Translations under genes and position numbers: made by a program | Shown: piece after piece, positions 19,927 to 30,096 of the stretch | How positions within the stretch are numbered: position 1 is the first letter of the stretch | Layout of the letters: the number at the start of each line of letters is the position of its first letter | The notes under the pieces: model-generated | Databases searched by the model: none | Seen by the model: the letters and a program-made list of their open reading frames with translations, nothing else | Told to the model about the DNA's origin: nothing | Assembly (NCBI GenBank): GCA_963827685.1 | Contig: CAWHBU010000006.1 | Coordinates: 128,001-192,000, forward strand | DNA length: 64,000 bases | Source: an uncultured delta proteobacterium | Lineage (GTDB): Bacteria > Desulfobacterota > BSN033 > UBA1163 | Reading direction: 5' to 3'

Positions 19927-21984
19927 CTAACTTTCCAATATCTTCTTCAACTCTTCTTCATTTCTCACAGGCGGTAAGCAGGTAAATCCTTTGCAGACGA
20001 AAGCGGTTGGAACTTCCGGGATTCCTTTCTCCGTGAGAAATGGAAACCATTTCCCCTTGATCGGTTCTCGAGGATCCCTCAGGCTCAGGATTTTGTTGGG
20101 AAGGTAGACGAGGTAAATCTCTTTGAGCATGGATTTTGTCTTAAGATCATTCCTTGAACCGATGATCCCGATCTCCTGCGGACCCAAAAAGAAGGAGAGG
20201 CCGGATAGCATTTGAGCAAATCCAGAAGGATGTTGGTTAAGAAAGTTATTGAAGAGGTGAAGGATCTGTTCGGCCTTCTTTTTGAAAGATTCTTCTCCGG
20301 TGAGATAACCAAGCCTGATCAAATTAAATACCGCTATGGAATTCGCTGAAGGGATGGCATTGTCATAAGGGTTTTTTGATCGAGCAATCAAGGACTCGTT
20401 CTCCTTTCCTGTGAAGAAGAAACCTCCTTTGCTCTCATCCCAGAATTGGTGAATCATTCTCTGATTGAGGTCTTCTGCCTCTGTCAACCATTCCGTCTCA
20501 AAAGTAGCTTCATAAAGATCGATGAGGGCTTGGATAAAGAAGGCATAATCCTCCGAATAGCCTTTCACCTGGGACTTTCCCTTATTAAACACCCTCATCA
20601 AGCGGCCATCTTTCTTCATCTTACTGAGAATAAAGTGGGCGGCTTCTTTTGCCCCGTCAAGATATTGTTCCTTTTCAGTGACTTTAAACCCATCAACAAA
20701 ACCGGAGATCATCAAACCATTCCAGGAGGTCAGAATCTTCTCGTCCCGGCCGGGTTTCACTCTTTTTTCCCTTTCGACATAAAGTTTCTGCCGTCCCTCC
20801 ACCAACACTTTTTCCAAATCTGCGACGGGTATTCCATATAACTGAGAAACCTTTTCTAAAGTAGAGACAACGTTGAGAGTGCTTGCCCCTCCCTCAAAAT
20901 TTCCCTCAGTGGCCACTCCATAATAAGCACAAAAAGGGGTCCCTTTCTCTTTGCCCAAGACCTCTTTGATCTCGTCTCTCGTCCAGACATAAAACTTCCC
21001 TTCCTCACCTTCGCTATCCGCATCCTGGGTGGAGTAAAATCCTCCTTCCGGACCTTTCATTTCACGAAGGACATAATCAAGGATCTCTTCGCCCACACGA
21101 CGATACCTTTCTTTTCGAGTCGCCTGATGGGCTTCAAAATAAGTCCTGGAAATCAGGGCGTTGTCATAGAGCATCTTTTCAAAATGGGGAATAAGCCATC
21201 GTTCATCCACAGAATAACGATGGAACCCTCCTCCCAAATGGTCATAGATCCCACCATTGGCCATTTTCTCCAGTGTCTTTTCCACCATCTCCAATGCTTT
21301 CTTTGAACCCGTGCTCTTCCAGTTCCGAAGCAGAAAGGAGAGGGCCATGCTGCTAGGGAATTTCGGGGTATTCCCGAATCCTCCATAAATCGGATCAAAT
21401 TGACTCTCCAGAGCATTAAAAGCCTTTGACAGGACTTTATCGCTCACGGCTTCCTGGGAGGGAATAATTTCAGCGATCTGATGGAGGGCATTTTTCAGTT
21501 GTGCCTCCATCTTCTCCACTTCCCCTCGATGAGAACGGTAATAATCAGAGACGACCACCAGAACTTTTGAAAAACCTGGCATTCCCCCTCGATCCTCAGG
21601 AGGAAAATAGGTTCCCGCATGAAAGGGGATGAGGTCAGGAGTTAGAAAGACGGTCATTGGCCATCCCCCTGAACCCGTCATCACCTGAACAGCATTCATA
21701 TAAAGCTCGTCAAGATCCGGTCGTACTTCTCGATCGACCTTAATACTAATAAAGCGTATGTTCATGATTCCCGCAATCGCCTCATTTTCGAAAGATTCCT
21801 TTTCCATCACATGGCACCAATGGCAGGAGGAATAGCCGATGCTCAGGAGAATGGGTTTGTCTTCTTTCTTTGCTCGGCTCAGAGCCTCTTCTCCCCACGG
21901 ATACCAATCCACGGGATTATGGGCATGCTGCAAAAGATAAGGACTGGTCTCATGAATCAGCCGATTCGTATGTTTGTGCTCCAT
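19927..21984 (-). CDS. Thioredoxin domain-containing protein (YyaL/SSP411 family)
   Basis: [39 protein letters not shown]. Confidence 0.95.
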   Translation of the reverse strand: MEHKHTNRLIHETSPYLLQHAHNPVDWYPWGEEALSRAKKEDKPILLSIGYSSCHWCHVMEKESFENEAIAGIMNIRFISIKVDREVRPDLDELYMNAVQVMTGSGGWPMTVFLTPDLIPFHAGTYFPPEDRGGMPGFSKVLVVVSDYYRSHRGEVEKMEAQLKNALHQIAEIIPSQEAVSDKVLSKAFNALESQFDPIYGGFGNTPKFPSSMALSFLLRNWKSTGSKKALEMVEKTLEKMANGGIYDHLGGGFHRYSVDERWLIPHFEKMLYDNALISRTYFEAHQATRKERYRRVGEEILDYVLREMKGPEGGFYSTQDADSEGEEGKFYVWTRDEIKEVLGKEKGTPFCAYYGVATEGNFEGGASTLNVVSTLEKVSQLYGIPVADLEKVLVEGRQKLYVEREKRVKPGRDEKILTSWNGLMISGFVDGFKVTEKEQYLDGAKEAAHFILSKMKKDGRLMRVFNKGKSQVKGYSEDYAFFIQALIDLYEATFETEWLTEAEDLNQRMIHQFWDESKGGFFFTGKENESLIARSKNPYDNAIPSANSIAVFNLIRLGYLTGEESFKKKAEQILHLFNNFLNQHPSGFAQMLSGLSFFLGPQEIGIIGSRNDLKTKSMLKEIYLVYLPNKILSLRDPREPIKGKWFPFLTEKGIPEVPTAFVCKGFTCLPPVRNEEELKKILES

Positions 21985-22139
21985 TTTTAGCTCCCTAGGG
22001 GTATTTATAACCATTGGAGTGGAGGATGACAAGAAAAATCGACTTGACTTTTACGGAAGAATCAGTGGTATTATTGCCCAAAACAAAGGGCCCGAAAATG
22101 GAAAAGAACCTCAAATGATCCATTTAGGTTTGTGGTCTG

Positions 22140-22475
22140 ATGAAAAGAGAGCTTACATTTGAATTAGGTTTGTATGCTTTATGTATCGTATTGGTAGGAT
22201 GGCTTTGGCATAAACCAGTTACATTAACAATTTGTTATGCTGCAATCAGCATTGTCGTGCTTATTAGATGGCACACGAAAAGCGATCTCTTCTTCTATTT
22301 TGTAACCTTTGTTCTTGGCCCAATGGGAGAATCGGCGGCAATTTACCTTGGAGCCTGGAAGTATTCTAAACCCCTTTACTTGATTCCATTATGGTTACCC
22401 TTCTTATAGGGTATTTCCGCCCTGTTCATGAAAAATATTTCTGAAACACTATTAACCAGTAAAAAGAAACCATAA
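22140..22475 (+). pseudogene. Small membrane protein with in-frame TAG at 22407-22409
   Basis: Hydrophobic ORF with GAWKY and IPLWLPFL-(TAG)-GISALFMK...; frame continues to TAA 22475. Confidence 0.6.
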
Positions 22476-22684
22476 CCCGTCGCTATGAGTGTGAGATCCA
22501 TTACTCAGCTTGGTTGATCGCTGATAATGGCCAAGGGTTATTTCCCACTGGCCGGGTAAATGTCCAGTACTCCTCAAATTTAACAGATTCTGTTTTGCTG
22601 CCTGATAGAATCTGTTCCATGAACTGTATCATCCAAAAGGCTGGCATAGAACCTCAGAATGTGCTGACTTGTGTTCTAATATCT

Positions 22685-23215
22685 TTAATTTCTTTTATAT
22701 ACTCCCGTCAGTTGAGATCGAGAAATGATGTGACCCTCCATGGCTTTTTCCAGATCTTTTTTAGTTAAATTGGGATTCAGATTGAGAAGCGTGTCCAGAG
22801 CATAGATTTTAAAAACATACTTGTGGGCCCGCCTGGGCGGGCAAGGTCCTCCATAATTGCGTTTCTTAAAATCATTCATCCCCTGGACCGCCCCTTCTGG
22901 GATAGAATTTTCCTTAATCTCTCTTACATTTTGATCAATGTTCACCAAAATCCAATGGACATAGGTCCCTCTGGGTGCATCGATATCATCAAAGACCAGA
23001 GCTAATGATTTTGTATTCGATGGAACATTTTCAATCCTAAGGGGCGGATTTACATTTGCCCCGTCGCAAGTGTACTTCTTCGGAATTTCTCCACCACTTT
23101 CAAAGGCAGGACTGGATATCTTCAATCTCTCTGTCTTTGTTCCACTTTGGCCTATTGCATAGGAAAAAAGAAATACCTGTAAAAAAACCCCAAAATAGAT
23201 TAGTAGGCGCTTCAT
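22685..23215 (-). CDS. YbhB/YbcL (PEBP/Raf kinase inhibitor-like) protein
   Basis: YTCDG, DAPRGTYVHW, YGGPCPP...HKYVFKIYALD. Confidence 0.92.
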   Translation of the reverse strand: MKRLLIYFGVFLQVFLFSYAIGQSGTKTERLKISSPAFESGGEIPKKYTCDGANVNPPLRIENVPSNTKSLALVFDDIDAPRGTYVHWILVNIDQNVREIKENSIPEGAVQGMNDFKKRNYGGPCPPRRAHKYVFKIYALDTLLNLNPNLTKKDLEKAMEGHIISRSQLTGVYKRN

Positions 23216-23353
23216 GCTCCCTCCAAAAAAATAAAATGGGTCCAAAATCATAACACATGTTTCTGAGCCCATTAAATTTAAAAATTATGTTCCGACCTTT
23301 TTACGGAGACCCCTCGCCCATGTTTCCCTTCAAACCTTTGGACCTATCATCTG

Positions 23354-25156
23354 TCAAACAAACTTTGGCCTCTTGTTCGATTCGAGGACCTTTTTTCTGA
23401 TGCGCACAGAATATGGGGTCACCTCAACCAGCTCGTCTTCTTTGATAAACTCGATGGCCTGCTCCAGGCTGAGGAGCTTAGGTGGAATCAGTTGCAGGGC
23501 TTCGTCCGACCCCGCTGCCCTGATATTGGTGAGTTTCTTCTCCTTTGTTACATTGACATTCAGATCGTTCTCTCTTGAATTCTCGCCGATTACCATCCCT
23601 TCGTAAACAGGCGTGTTCTCCTTTACGAAGAGCGTCCCTCGGGGCTGGAGATGATAAAGTGCGTACGTGGTTGTTTTCCCCGGACGATCTGCAATCAGAG
23701 TACCGGTAGAACGTTTGGTGATAGGGCCATGCCACGGTTCATAACCGTCAAAGATGTGGTTGAAGAGCCCTGTTCCTCTGGTATCGGTCAGAAACTGTGA
23801 GCGAAAACCGATCAGCCCTCTGGATGGAATCCTGAATTCGAGGCGAACCCTGCCGTGGCCATTGTTGCTCATCTTTTGCATCCTGCCTTTGCGGATCCCT
23901 ATCTGCTGCGTCACGACCCCTATGAATTCTTCTGGGACATCGATGACAAGATGCTCCATCGGCTCATGAAGAATGCCGTTCACTTTTTTTGTAATGCTCT
24001 CCGGCATTGATACAGAGAGCTCATAGCCTTCCCTCCTGATCATCTCAATGAGGATCGCAAGCTGCAGTTCTCCCCTTCCCATCACCTTGAAAGAATCTGT
24101 GGAATCAAAGTCAACCTTGATCGACACATTATACAAGAGCTCCTTTTCAAGCCGCTCCCTCAGGTTTCTCGATGTGACATACCTTCCTTCCTGGCCGGAG
24201 AAAGGGGATGTATTCACGGAGAAAACCATGGAGATGGTGGGCTCATCCACCGCAATTCTCGGAAGAGGCTCCATATTTTCAATATCGGAGATAGTGTCGC
24301 CAATATTAATCCCTTCAATCCCGGCCAGGGCAACAATATCCCCTGCCCGGGCTTCTTTGATTTCAACTCTTTCGAGCCCCTGAAATCCATAGAGAGATGT
24401 AACCTTCGTCTTCATCGGCTCCTCTTTGCCGTTTACCATCGATACCCAATCCCCCACTTTGACCAAACCGGAGAAAATCCTCCCTATGGCAAGCCTGCCC
24501 ACGTAATCGTTATAGTCGATGTTGGTGACCAGAAGCTTCAGTGGTCCTTCTTCATCCCCTTCAGGTGGTGGAACGGCGCGAAGGATGAGCTCAAACAGGC
24601 ACTGAAAGTCTTTCGCATTCTCATCAGGATGGCGTTTCGCAATCCCGAGCTTTGCGTTGGTGTAGACAATTGGAAACTCAAGCTGTTTCTCTGTGGCATC
24701 GAGGTCAATAAATAGATCGTAGACCTCATTCAACACCTCTTGGATCCTCGCATCAGCCCGGTCTATCTTGTTAATCACAAGGATAGGAGGAAGATTGAAC
24801 TCGAGGGCCTTTTTCAAAACGAATCTTGTCTGGGGCAAAGGGCCCTCTGAGGCATCGACGAGGAGCAGCACGCCATCAACCATCTTGAGCGTCCTTTCCA
24901 CCTCCCCGCCGAAATCGGCATGGCCTGGCGTATCGACAATATTGATCTTGACTCCCTTATATTCAATGGCCGTATTTTTTGCTATGATGGTAATGCCGCG
25001 CTCCCGTTCTAAGTCAATATTATCCATGACCCTATCCTCAACCTTCTCGTTCAAACGGAAAATGCCTGACTGCCTGAGCAAGCCATCGACAATGGTTGTC
25101 TTTCCATGATCAACATGGGCAATCAGAGCGATATTTCGCAAATCTTGGCGTTTCAT
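23354..25156 (-). CDS. typA: Translational GTPase TypA/BipA
   Basis: [30 protein letters not shown]. Confidence 0.97.
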   Translation of the reverse strand: MKRQDLRNIALIAHVDHGKTTIVDGLLRQSGIFRLNEKVEDRVMDNIDLERERGITIIAKNTAIEYKGVKINIVDTPGHADFGGEVERTLKMVDGVLLLVDASEGPLPQTRFVLKKALEFNLPPILVINKIDRADARIQEVLNEVYDLFIDLDATEKQLEFPIVYTNAKLGIAKRHPDENAKDFQCLFELILRAVPPPEGDEEGPLKLLVTNIDYNDYVGRLAIGRIFSGLVKVGDWVSMVNGKEEPMKTKVTSLYGFQGLERVEIKEARAGDIVALAGIEGINIGDTISDIENMEPLPRIAVDEPTISMVFSVNTSPFSGQEGRYVTSRNLRERLEKELLYNVSIKVDFDSTDSFKVMGRGELQLAILIEMIRREGYELSVSMPESITKKVNGILHEPMEHLVIDVPEEFIGVVTQQIGIRKGRMQKMSNNGHGRVRLEFRIPSRGLIGFRSQFLTDTRGTGLFNHIFDGYEPWHGPITKRSTGTLIADRPGKTTTYALYHLQPRGTLFVKENTPVYEGMVIGENSRENDLNVNVTKEKKLTNIRAAGSDEALQLIPPKLLSLEQAIEFIKEDELVEVTPYSVRIRKKVLESNKRPKFV

Positions 25157-25227
25157 AAATCAACCTTGGTGTTGCATTGAATCGGCAATGGGGTGTGCTT
25201 CCAACCCTTTACCAAGCGGGTTTGTTG

Positions 25228-25318
25228 AGGATTCATGGATTCAAGGGGTCAAGGATCCCGAGCAACCCCTTTTTCTTTATAATGCTTGAACCCTCGAATC
25301 CTCGGCCCCTGGAACCCT
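25228..25318. repeat. Inverted array of 8-bp tandem repeats overlapping the helicase 3' end
   Basis: GGATTCAT-GGATTCAA-GGGGTCAA-GGATCCCG facing TTGAACCC-TCGAATCC-TCGGCCCC-TGGAACCC. Confidence 0.6.
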
Positions 25319-26454
25319 TTCCGTCGGATGTTCTGGAGGTCGGGGATGTTGCCGTGCCATACGGGATCAATACGATTTATCTTAAACAGAGATTTCAAGT
25401 CTCCCAATTCCTGATTTGTCACAAAAGTCATGGCAATGCCTGACCGCCCCATTCTCCCGGTCCTCCCTGTCCTGTGCGTGTAGGATTCCAGGCGATAGGG
25501 ATAGTCATAATTAATCACATGGCTTACATAGCTGAAGTCGAGTCCGCGACCCGCAATGTCAGTGGCAACCATGAAGGTAATTTCATTTCGGCGAAAACGC
25601 TCGAAGATCGATGTCCGCCTCGACTGCTCCAAACCTCCGTGGATATAGCCTATCGATTTAAATCTCCCTTCCAACTCCTTTTTCAGTTTCTCGCCGTGAT
25701 GTCGTGAATTGCAGAAGATGATGGCCTGGGAGATCTCCTCCCTTTTCAGGTATTCAATCAAGGCATTGAGCCGATCACGTCGCCCCGTATACTGAAAATG
25801 GTGAACAAGACTCTGCGGAGCCACCCGCTCCTTATTCAATTCCACTCTGACAGGTTCCTTCAGGTAGGTCCTGATCAATCGATCGATCTCTTCGGGCATC
25901 GTTGCTGCAAAAAACAAGGTCTGGTGCTCGTGGATCAGACAGGACAGGATCAAGTCTATATCTTCAATAAAACCCATCTTCAGCATCTCGTCCGCTTCAT
26001 CCAAAACCAGTGTGCGAACACAAGAGAGGTCAATGGCTTTAGTATGATATAGCAAATCGATCAATCGTCCGGGTGTTGCGACGAGGATATGAACCTTATC
26101 CCTTAATTTGGCCTTCTGAATCTCCATTGAGAATCCCCCAAAGACGGCAAACGGAACGCCATCTGTAAATCTTGCAATCTTATCGATCTCCTCCACATAT
26201 TGAAATGCCAGTTCACGGGTAGGAACCAGGATGAGGACCTGGATGGCGTTGGCCGAAGAATCGATCATCTGGACCAGTGGAATAGCGCAGGCCGCAGTTT
26301 TACCCGAGCCGGTCTCCGCCCGGGCCAAAAGATCTCTACCGTTCAGGATAGGAGAGAAAGTCTCTTCCTGGATGGGTGTCAAATCCTGGTAACCCATGTC
26401 CGTCAGGGCCTTCAGAATCTCCGGCTTTAAATCTAACTCTGAAAACTTCATCAT
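25249..26454 (-). CDS. DEAD-box RNA helicase
   Basis: AETGSGKT, PTRELA, DEAD, HRTGRTGR. Confidence 0.95.
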   Translation of the reverse strand: MMKFSELDLKPEILKALTDMGYQDLTPIQEETFSPILNGRDLLARAETGSGKTAACAIPLVQMIDSSANAIQVLILVPTRELAFQYVEEIDKIARFTDGVPFAVFGGFSMEIQKAKLRDKVHILVATPGRLIDLLYHTKAIDLSCVRTLVLDEADEMLKMGFIEDIDLILSCLIHEHQTLFFAATMPEEIDRLIRTYLKEPVRVELNKERVAPQSLVHHFQYTGRRDRLNALIEYLKREEISQAIIFCNSRHHGEKLKKELEGRFKSIGYIHGGLEQSRRTSIFERFRRNEITFMVATDIAGRGLDFSYVSHVINYDYPYRLESYTHRTGRTGRMGRSGIAMTFVTNQELGDLKSLFKINRIDPVWHGNIPDLQNIRRKGFQGPRIRGFKHYKEKGVARDP

Positions 26455-26764
26455 CAAATCCTTAAATAACTCAGTCCATATTGATCAGAGCTATCCCTTT
26501 CTTTTTTTTTCCGCCAAACCAATGATTTCCACGATTTCACACGACTTGCGGGCAAGCAATGATTAAATCATGCAGAAATAGGTTGGAAGACTCCGTAAGG
26601 GTTGACAAAAAACCCATAAAGAAGTTGTCTAGAGTTCTTTATGGGGACTGGTTTTCGTCTTACTGCCAAAAAAGCTCTATGCAACAAATACTTTATAGCT
26701 TATTTTTTATGTAAATGCAAGAAAAATAAATGACCCTGGGTAATGCCTCAGTCATCCGTGTTGG

Positions 26765-26962
26765 TGATTCGGCAGGGGTGCTGAGAAAGCTTTATACCTG
26801 CCTGCGCGTAGCCGCTTCGGCGAAGGCAGGGCGGAAACTTCTTAACGCAATCTGCCTGGGATGGAAGTTCCTGAAGGGCCCCCTTTTTTTGGATGGCGAT
26901 GATGGCCCATAAAATCTTAACGATCCGCTTGATAAAACTTTGGAAGCATCCCTGCCGAATCA
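26765..26962. mobile_element. MITE-like element (~198 bp) with nested REP-like hairpin
   Basis: Terminal inverted repeat TGATTCGGCAGGGGTGCT / AGCATCCCTGCCGAATCA (17/18); TTGG on both flanks; CCTGCCT...AGGCAGG hairpin at 26797-26830. Confidence 0.6.
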
Positions 26963-27066
26963 TTGGGGTCGGGGATCAACCTCTCGCACCCTAACTGAGC
27001 CATTACGACCCATGCAAAGGTAACCCGCAATTTCTTTCAGTTTATTCCCCATCTCACTTTGTCTCA

Positions 27067-27246
27067 TCAGGAATCACACTCTCTCCTTCTTTCTCTATTC
27101 TGCCTGCCAATCTTCGTCTGACGATTCTCCAAAATCACCTGATCAATAATCTCTCCGCACAGGATGCATCTCCATCCCAAAAAACGCTCATCAGAACCAT
27201 AGAATCTTTCATAGACCATCACACTACCACAACGATGACACTTCAT
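27067..27246 (-). CDS. Small zinc-ribbon protein
   Basis: MKCHRCGSVM...WRCILCGEIID (two CxxC). Confidence 0.7.
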   Translation of the reverse strand: MKCHRCGSVMVYERFYGSDERFLGWRCILCGEIIDQVILENRQTKIGRQNRERRRECDS

Positions 27247-27366
27247 ACGGCACCCCTGAAATTGAATATCTCCTTTCAATAAAAAACTGATTTGTAAGAT
27301 TTAACAACTTATTTGTCAAATTTTAATTTTCTTCTAATGTTTTTATGATTTTTTTTCATAAAAATC

Positions 27367-27406
27367 CCAGTACATCAAACCATATCATCCCCCATTTGAT
27401 GTACTG
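27367..27406 (-). terminator. Stem-loop terminator
   Basis: CCAGTACATCAAA / TTTGATGTACTGG stem with a T run on the minus strand. Confidence 0.6.
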
Positions 27407-27517
27407 GCGGGGATCAGTGATTGCCCTCCTCTGACTGACACTTCTTTGTTAGGAAACAATTGGAAAATAGCTTACAGGGTTCGGAGGAAAAGAGTCAGTG
27501 TTTGGCAGCCGCAGCCA

Positions 27518-27588
27518 AGGCCATGAACGGATTTGAATCGCTAACCGCTGATTACGAATCCATGGCTCTACTGCTGGGTTACGTGGGC
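27518..27588 (-). pseudogene. Degenerate tRNA-Thr(CGT)-like sequence
   Basis: Minus strand GCCCACG TA ACCC AGCAGTA GAGC C ATGGA TTCGTAA TCAGC GGTT AGCGA TTCAAAT CCGTT CATGGCC T: cloverleaf spacing with mismatched stems. Confidence 0.6.
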
Positions 27589-27632
27589 GTGCCTAAAATT
27601 CTGAGTTGCCATTCTCTGGGTGTTTGCACTTG

Positions 27633-27833
27633 TCAAACAGCATAATTTAATTCTTGTTTTTTCCGATTCTCTACCTTGTCGTAAAGCATTTCCAGACATT
27701 CCTTGTTTCCAAGCCACACTTTATTGGGTATGTTTTCGGCCTCCAATAGAATGGTCTGCATTTTAATCCTCTTCACCTTATACAATTCCCCAGTCGATTT
27801 GCTCTTTAATATGTCTCCCATCACCGTTTTCAT
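27633..27833 (-). CDS. 66-aa hypothetical protein downstream of the riboswitch
   Basis: RBS GAGGAGG upstream; first ORF after the riboswitch terminator. Confidence 0.7.
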   Translation of the reverse strand: MKTVMGDILKSKSTGELYKVKRIKMQTILLEAENIPNKVWLGNKECLEMLYDKVENRKKQELNYAV

Positions 27834-27899
27834 TGATTAATGCCTCCTCAAATTTCTTGTCTCATTTGTTTCTCTCCATCCATACTCTGACACTATAAA

Positions 27900-27944
27900 T
27901 AAAAAACCGGATTACCTACTTGAATAAAGCCACGGTAATCCGGT
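27900..27944 (-). terminator. Riboswitch expression-platform terminator
   Basis: ACCGGATTACC / GGTAATCCGGT stem followed by a T run on the minus strand. Confidence 0.75.
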
Positions 27945-27957
27945 CCTGTCCATTTAT

Positions 27958-28035
27958 CCTTCGGCAACCCGGCTATCCCCTTGGGACCCGCGGCTTTCCG
28001 TCCCACGATTACTCGTGGTTTGGCTTTATCGGTAA
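27958..28035 (-). ncRNA. c-di-GMP-I (GEMM-I) riboswitch
   Basis: Minus strand GCCAAACCACGAGTAATCGTGGGACGGAAAGCCGCGGGTCCC...GGGATAGCCGGGTTGCCG matches the GEMM-I consensus. Confidence 0.9.
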
Positions 28036-28069
28036 TCTCTCTTTAAGAAAACTTTATGATTTATATATC

Positions 28070-28086
28070 AGCAATTTCAATGCCAA
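28070..28086 (-). promoter_or_regulatory. Sigma54 promoter
   Basis: Minus strand TTGGCAT-TGAAA-TTGCT (-24/-12) directly upstream of the riboswitch. Confidence 0.75.
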
Positions 28087-28487
28087 TAGACCTCTGCCTC
28101 CATAACCCATTGATTATTAAAAGAATTATTAACAAATTAAATTCTAAAGAAAGTAAAAGAAGCGACACTTCTTGTTAGAGGAGGACAAAAATTTGGTAGT
28201 TACCATCTATGAGCAGAATGATAATCAAGGGTAAAATCGAGAAGGCGGTCAAAAGCGATAAAGTTCATCAAATACATTTGACCAAATCAAATTGTTTTGG
28301 TTAACAAATTCGACATCTCTTGCTGAGAAGGGAAAAATCCTACGATTTTTCTGACTCCTAATAAATCTGTCATAAAGATTCCTAAAAATCATTTGTATTT
28401 CATATGTAAGGCCCCCATTGATTCAATACATGCGTACTATGGAAAGACAGAACCGTCCTCAAACCCTCCAACATTAGCGATCGCGAG

Positions 28488-30017
28488 TTAGGGGGCATTG
28501 GCGCTCGGCTGATCTGCTGATACGGGCTTGCTCTCGGTTGACTGCTGATACTTGTTGTCTTCGCCACCGGGATGACCGATCGAGCGTAGGGAGGATACAT
28601 TCCAGCCGCCGCCCAGGGCTTTGACAAGAAGTACGCTGGCGGTCATCCTGCGGCTGAGAATGCCAAGTGCGGTTATCTCGTTGTTCAGTGCTATAGTCTG
28701 AGCAACTAAAACGTTAAGGTAGCTGACTGTCCCCGCCTTGTATTGGTTGGTGGTAAAAGTGACGGATTGCTGCGCGGCCTTCACCGCCTCATCCTGCACC
28801 TTAGCCTCTTCCTCAAGGATGCGTAGCGCGGCCAGGTTGTCTTCTACCTCCTGAAATCCCGTGAGTACGGTCTGACGATAGGATGCGACTGTCCCGTCAT
28901 AGACTGCCCGCGCCGCAGCAGTCTGAGCCCGCCTCAAGCCCCCGTCAAACACGGTCTCCGAGATCCCCGGTCCAACCGACCAGAAGCGGCTTGGCCACGT
29001 AAGCCACTTGGTCAGACTCGAGCCTTCAAAGCCGCCCGATGCACTCAACGTGACGGTTGGATAATAGGCGGCCACGGCCACTCCGATCTGGGCATTCGTC
29101 GCCGCAACGCGCCGCTCAGCGCCAGCGATATCAGGCCTGCGTTCGAGAAGCTCGGACGGCACCCCCACGGGCACGGTGGGAGGAACCGCTAGCGGTGCAA
29201 CAGGGATAGAAAACAGAGATGCGGGTTTCCCAACGAGCAATGCGATAGCATGCTCCAACTGCGTGCGCTGTACGCCAACATCGATCGCCTGAGCCTGAGT
29301 GGTCTTGAGCTGGGTTTCTGCCTGGAGCACGTCTGCCCTGGACGCCACGCCACTCGCATACCGGTTTTTTGTCAGTTCGAGGGTCTTTTGGAAGGCGATG
29401 ACCGTTACGTCCAGGAGCTGCTTCTGCCCATCGAGGACACCCAGTAGAAAATAGTCCTGGGCCAGTTCGGCCTGAACCAGCAAGCGTGTCGATTCGAGGT
29501 CTGCCGCGGTCGCTTGGGCGCTTGCCTTGCTGGCCTCAACGGTGCGGCGGACCCGGCCCCAAAGGTCCGGTTCCCAGGACGCATCGGCGACAAGCATGTA
29601 GTTAGAGGTGGCCGTGGGAGAGACTCCGGTCGTTCCCGTCCTGCTTGAGCGCGTAGGAGACGCCCCGACCGTGACCGTCGGAAAGTAGCTCGCTCGAGCC
29701 GCCTGAACCAGCGCTCGGGCCTGCCGAAACTGCGCCTCCGCCACCATCACGCTCTGGTTCGAGATATTAACCTGCTCTTCGAGCGCATTCAACTGAGGAT
29801 CATTGAAGATCTCCCACCATACTCCCCGAACGAGATGGTCCTTGGGCTGTGCCACCTTCCAGCCCTCCATCTCCTTGTAAACTCCCGGTACCTCGGCTGT
29901 GGGCCTCACGTAATCCGGGCCGACTGTACAAGCGGTCAGGAGAGTAAGCGCCCCTGCGAGTGCCACAAGCATGGATCGGCAAGTCCACCCACGAAGACTT
30001 ACTTTTAGGCGGATCAT
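28488..30017 (-). CDS. NodT-family outer-membrane efflux lipoprotein (start uncertain)
   Basis: Lipobox LLTAC-TVGPDY, WEPDLWGRVRR, LVKALGGGW. Confidence 0.9.
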   Translation of the reverse strand: MIRLKVSLRGWTCRSMLVALAGALTLLTACTVGPDYVRPTAEVPGVYKEMEGWKVAQPKDHLVRGVWWEIFNDPQLNALEEQVNISNQSVMVAEAQFRQARALVQAARASYFPTVTVGASPTRSSRTGTTGVSPTATSNYMLVADASWEPDLWGRVRRTVEASKASAQATAADLESTRLLVQAELAQDYFLLGVLDGQKQLLDVTVIAFQKTLELTKNRYASGVASRADVLQAETQLKTTQAQAIDVGVQRTQLEHAIALLVGKPASLFSIPVAPLAVPPTVPVGVPSELLERRPDIAGAERRVAATNAQIGVAVAAYYPTVTLSASGGFEGSSLTKWLTWPSRFWSVGPGISETVFDGGLRRAQTAAARAVYDGTVASYRQTVLTGFQEVEDNLAALRILEEEAKVQDEAVKAAQQSVTFTTNQYKAGTVSYLNVLVAQTIALNNEITALGILSRRMTASVLLVKALGGGWNVSSLRSIGHPGGEDNKYQQSTESKPVSADQPSANAP

Positions 30018-30096
30018 CGAACCCTGTTTTCCAACTCGGTGGCCATCCCGGATTTGTTCGATAGATATGTTCCACGAATGAAGCATCGCAGTCACC

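Noticed and set aside
22470-22530. Second attC (CATAACCCGTCGCT overlapping a stop codon)
   Set aside because: No complementary L'/R' half and no matching cassette start
26964-27011. tRNA-like mini-hairpin (GGGTCG...CGACCCCA on the minus strand)
   Set aside because: Only 48 nt with no anticodon or T arm; may be chance
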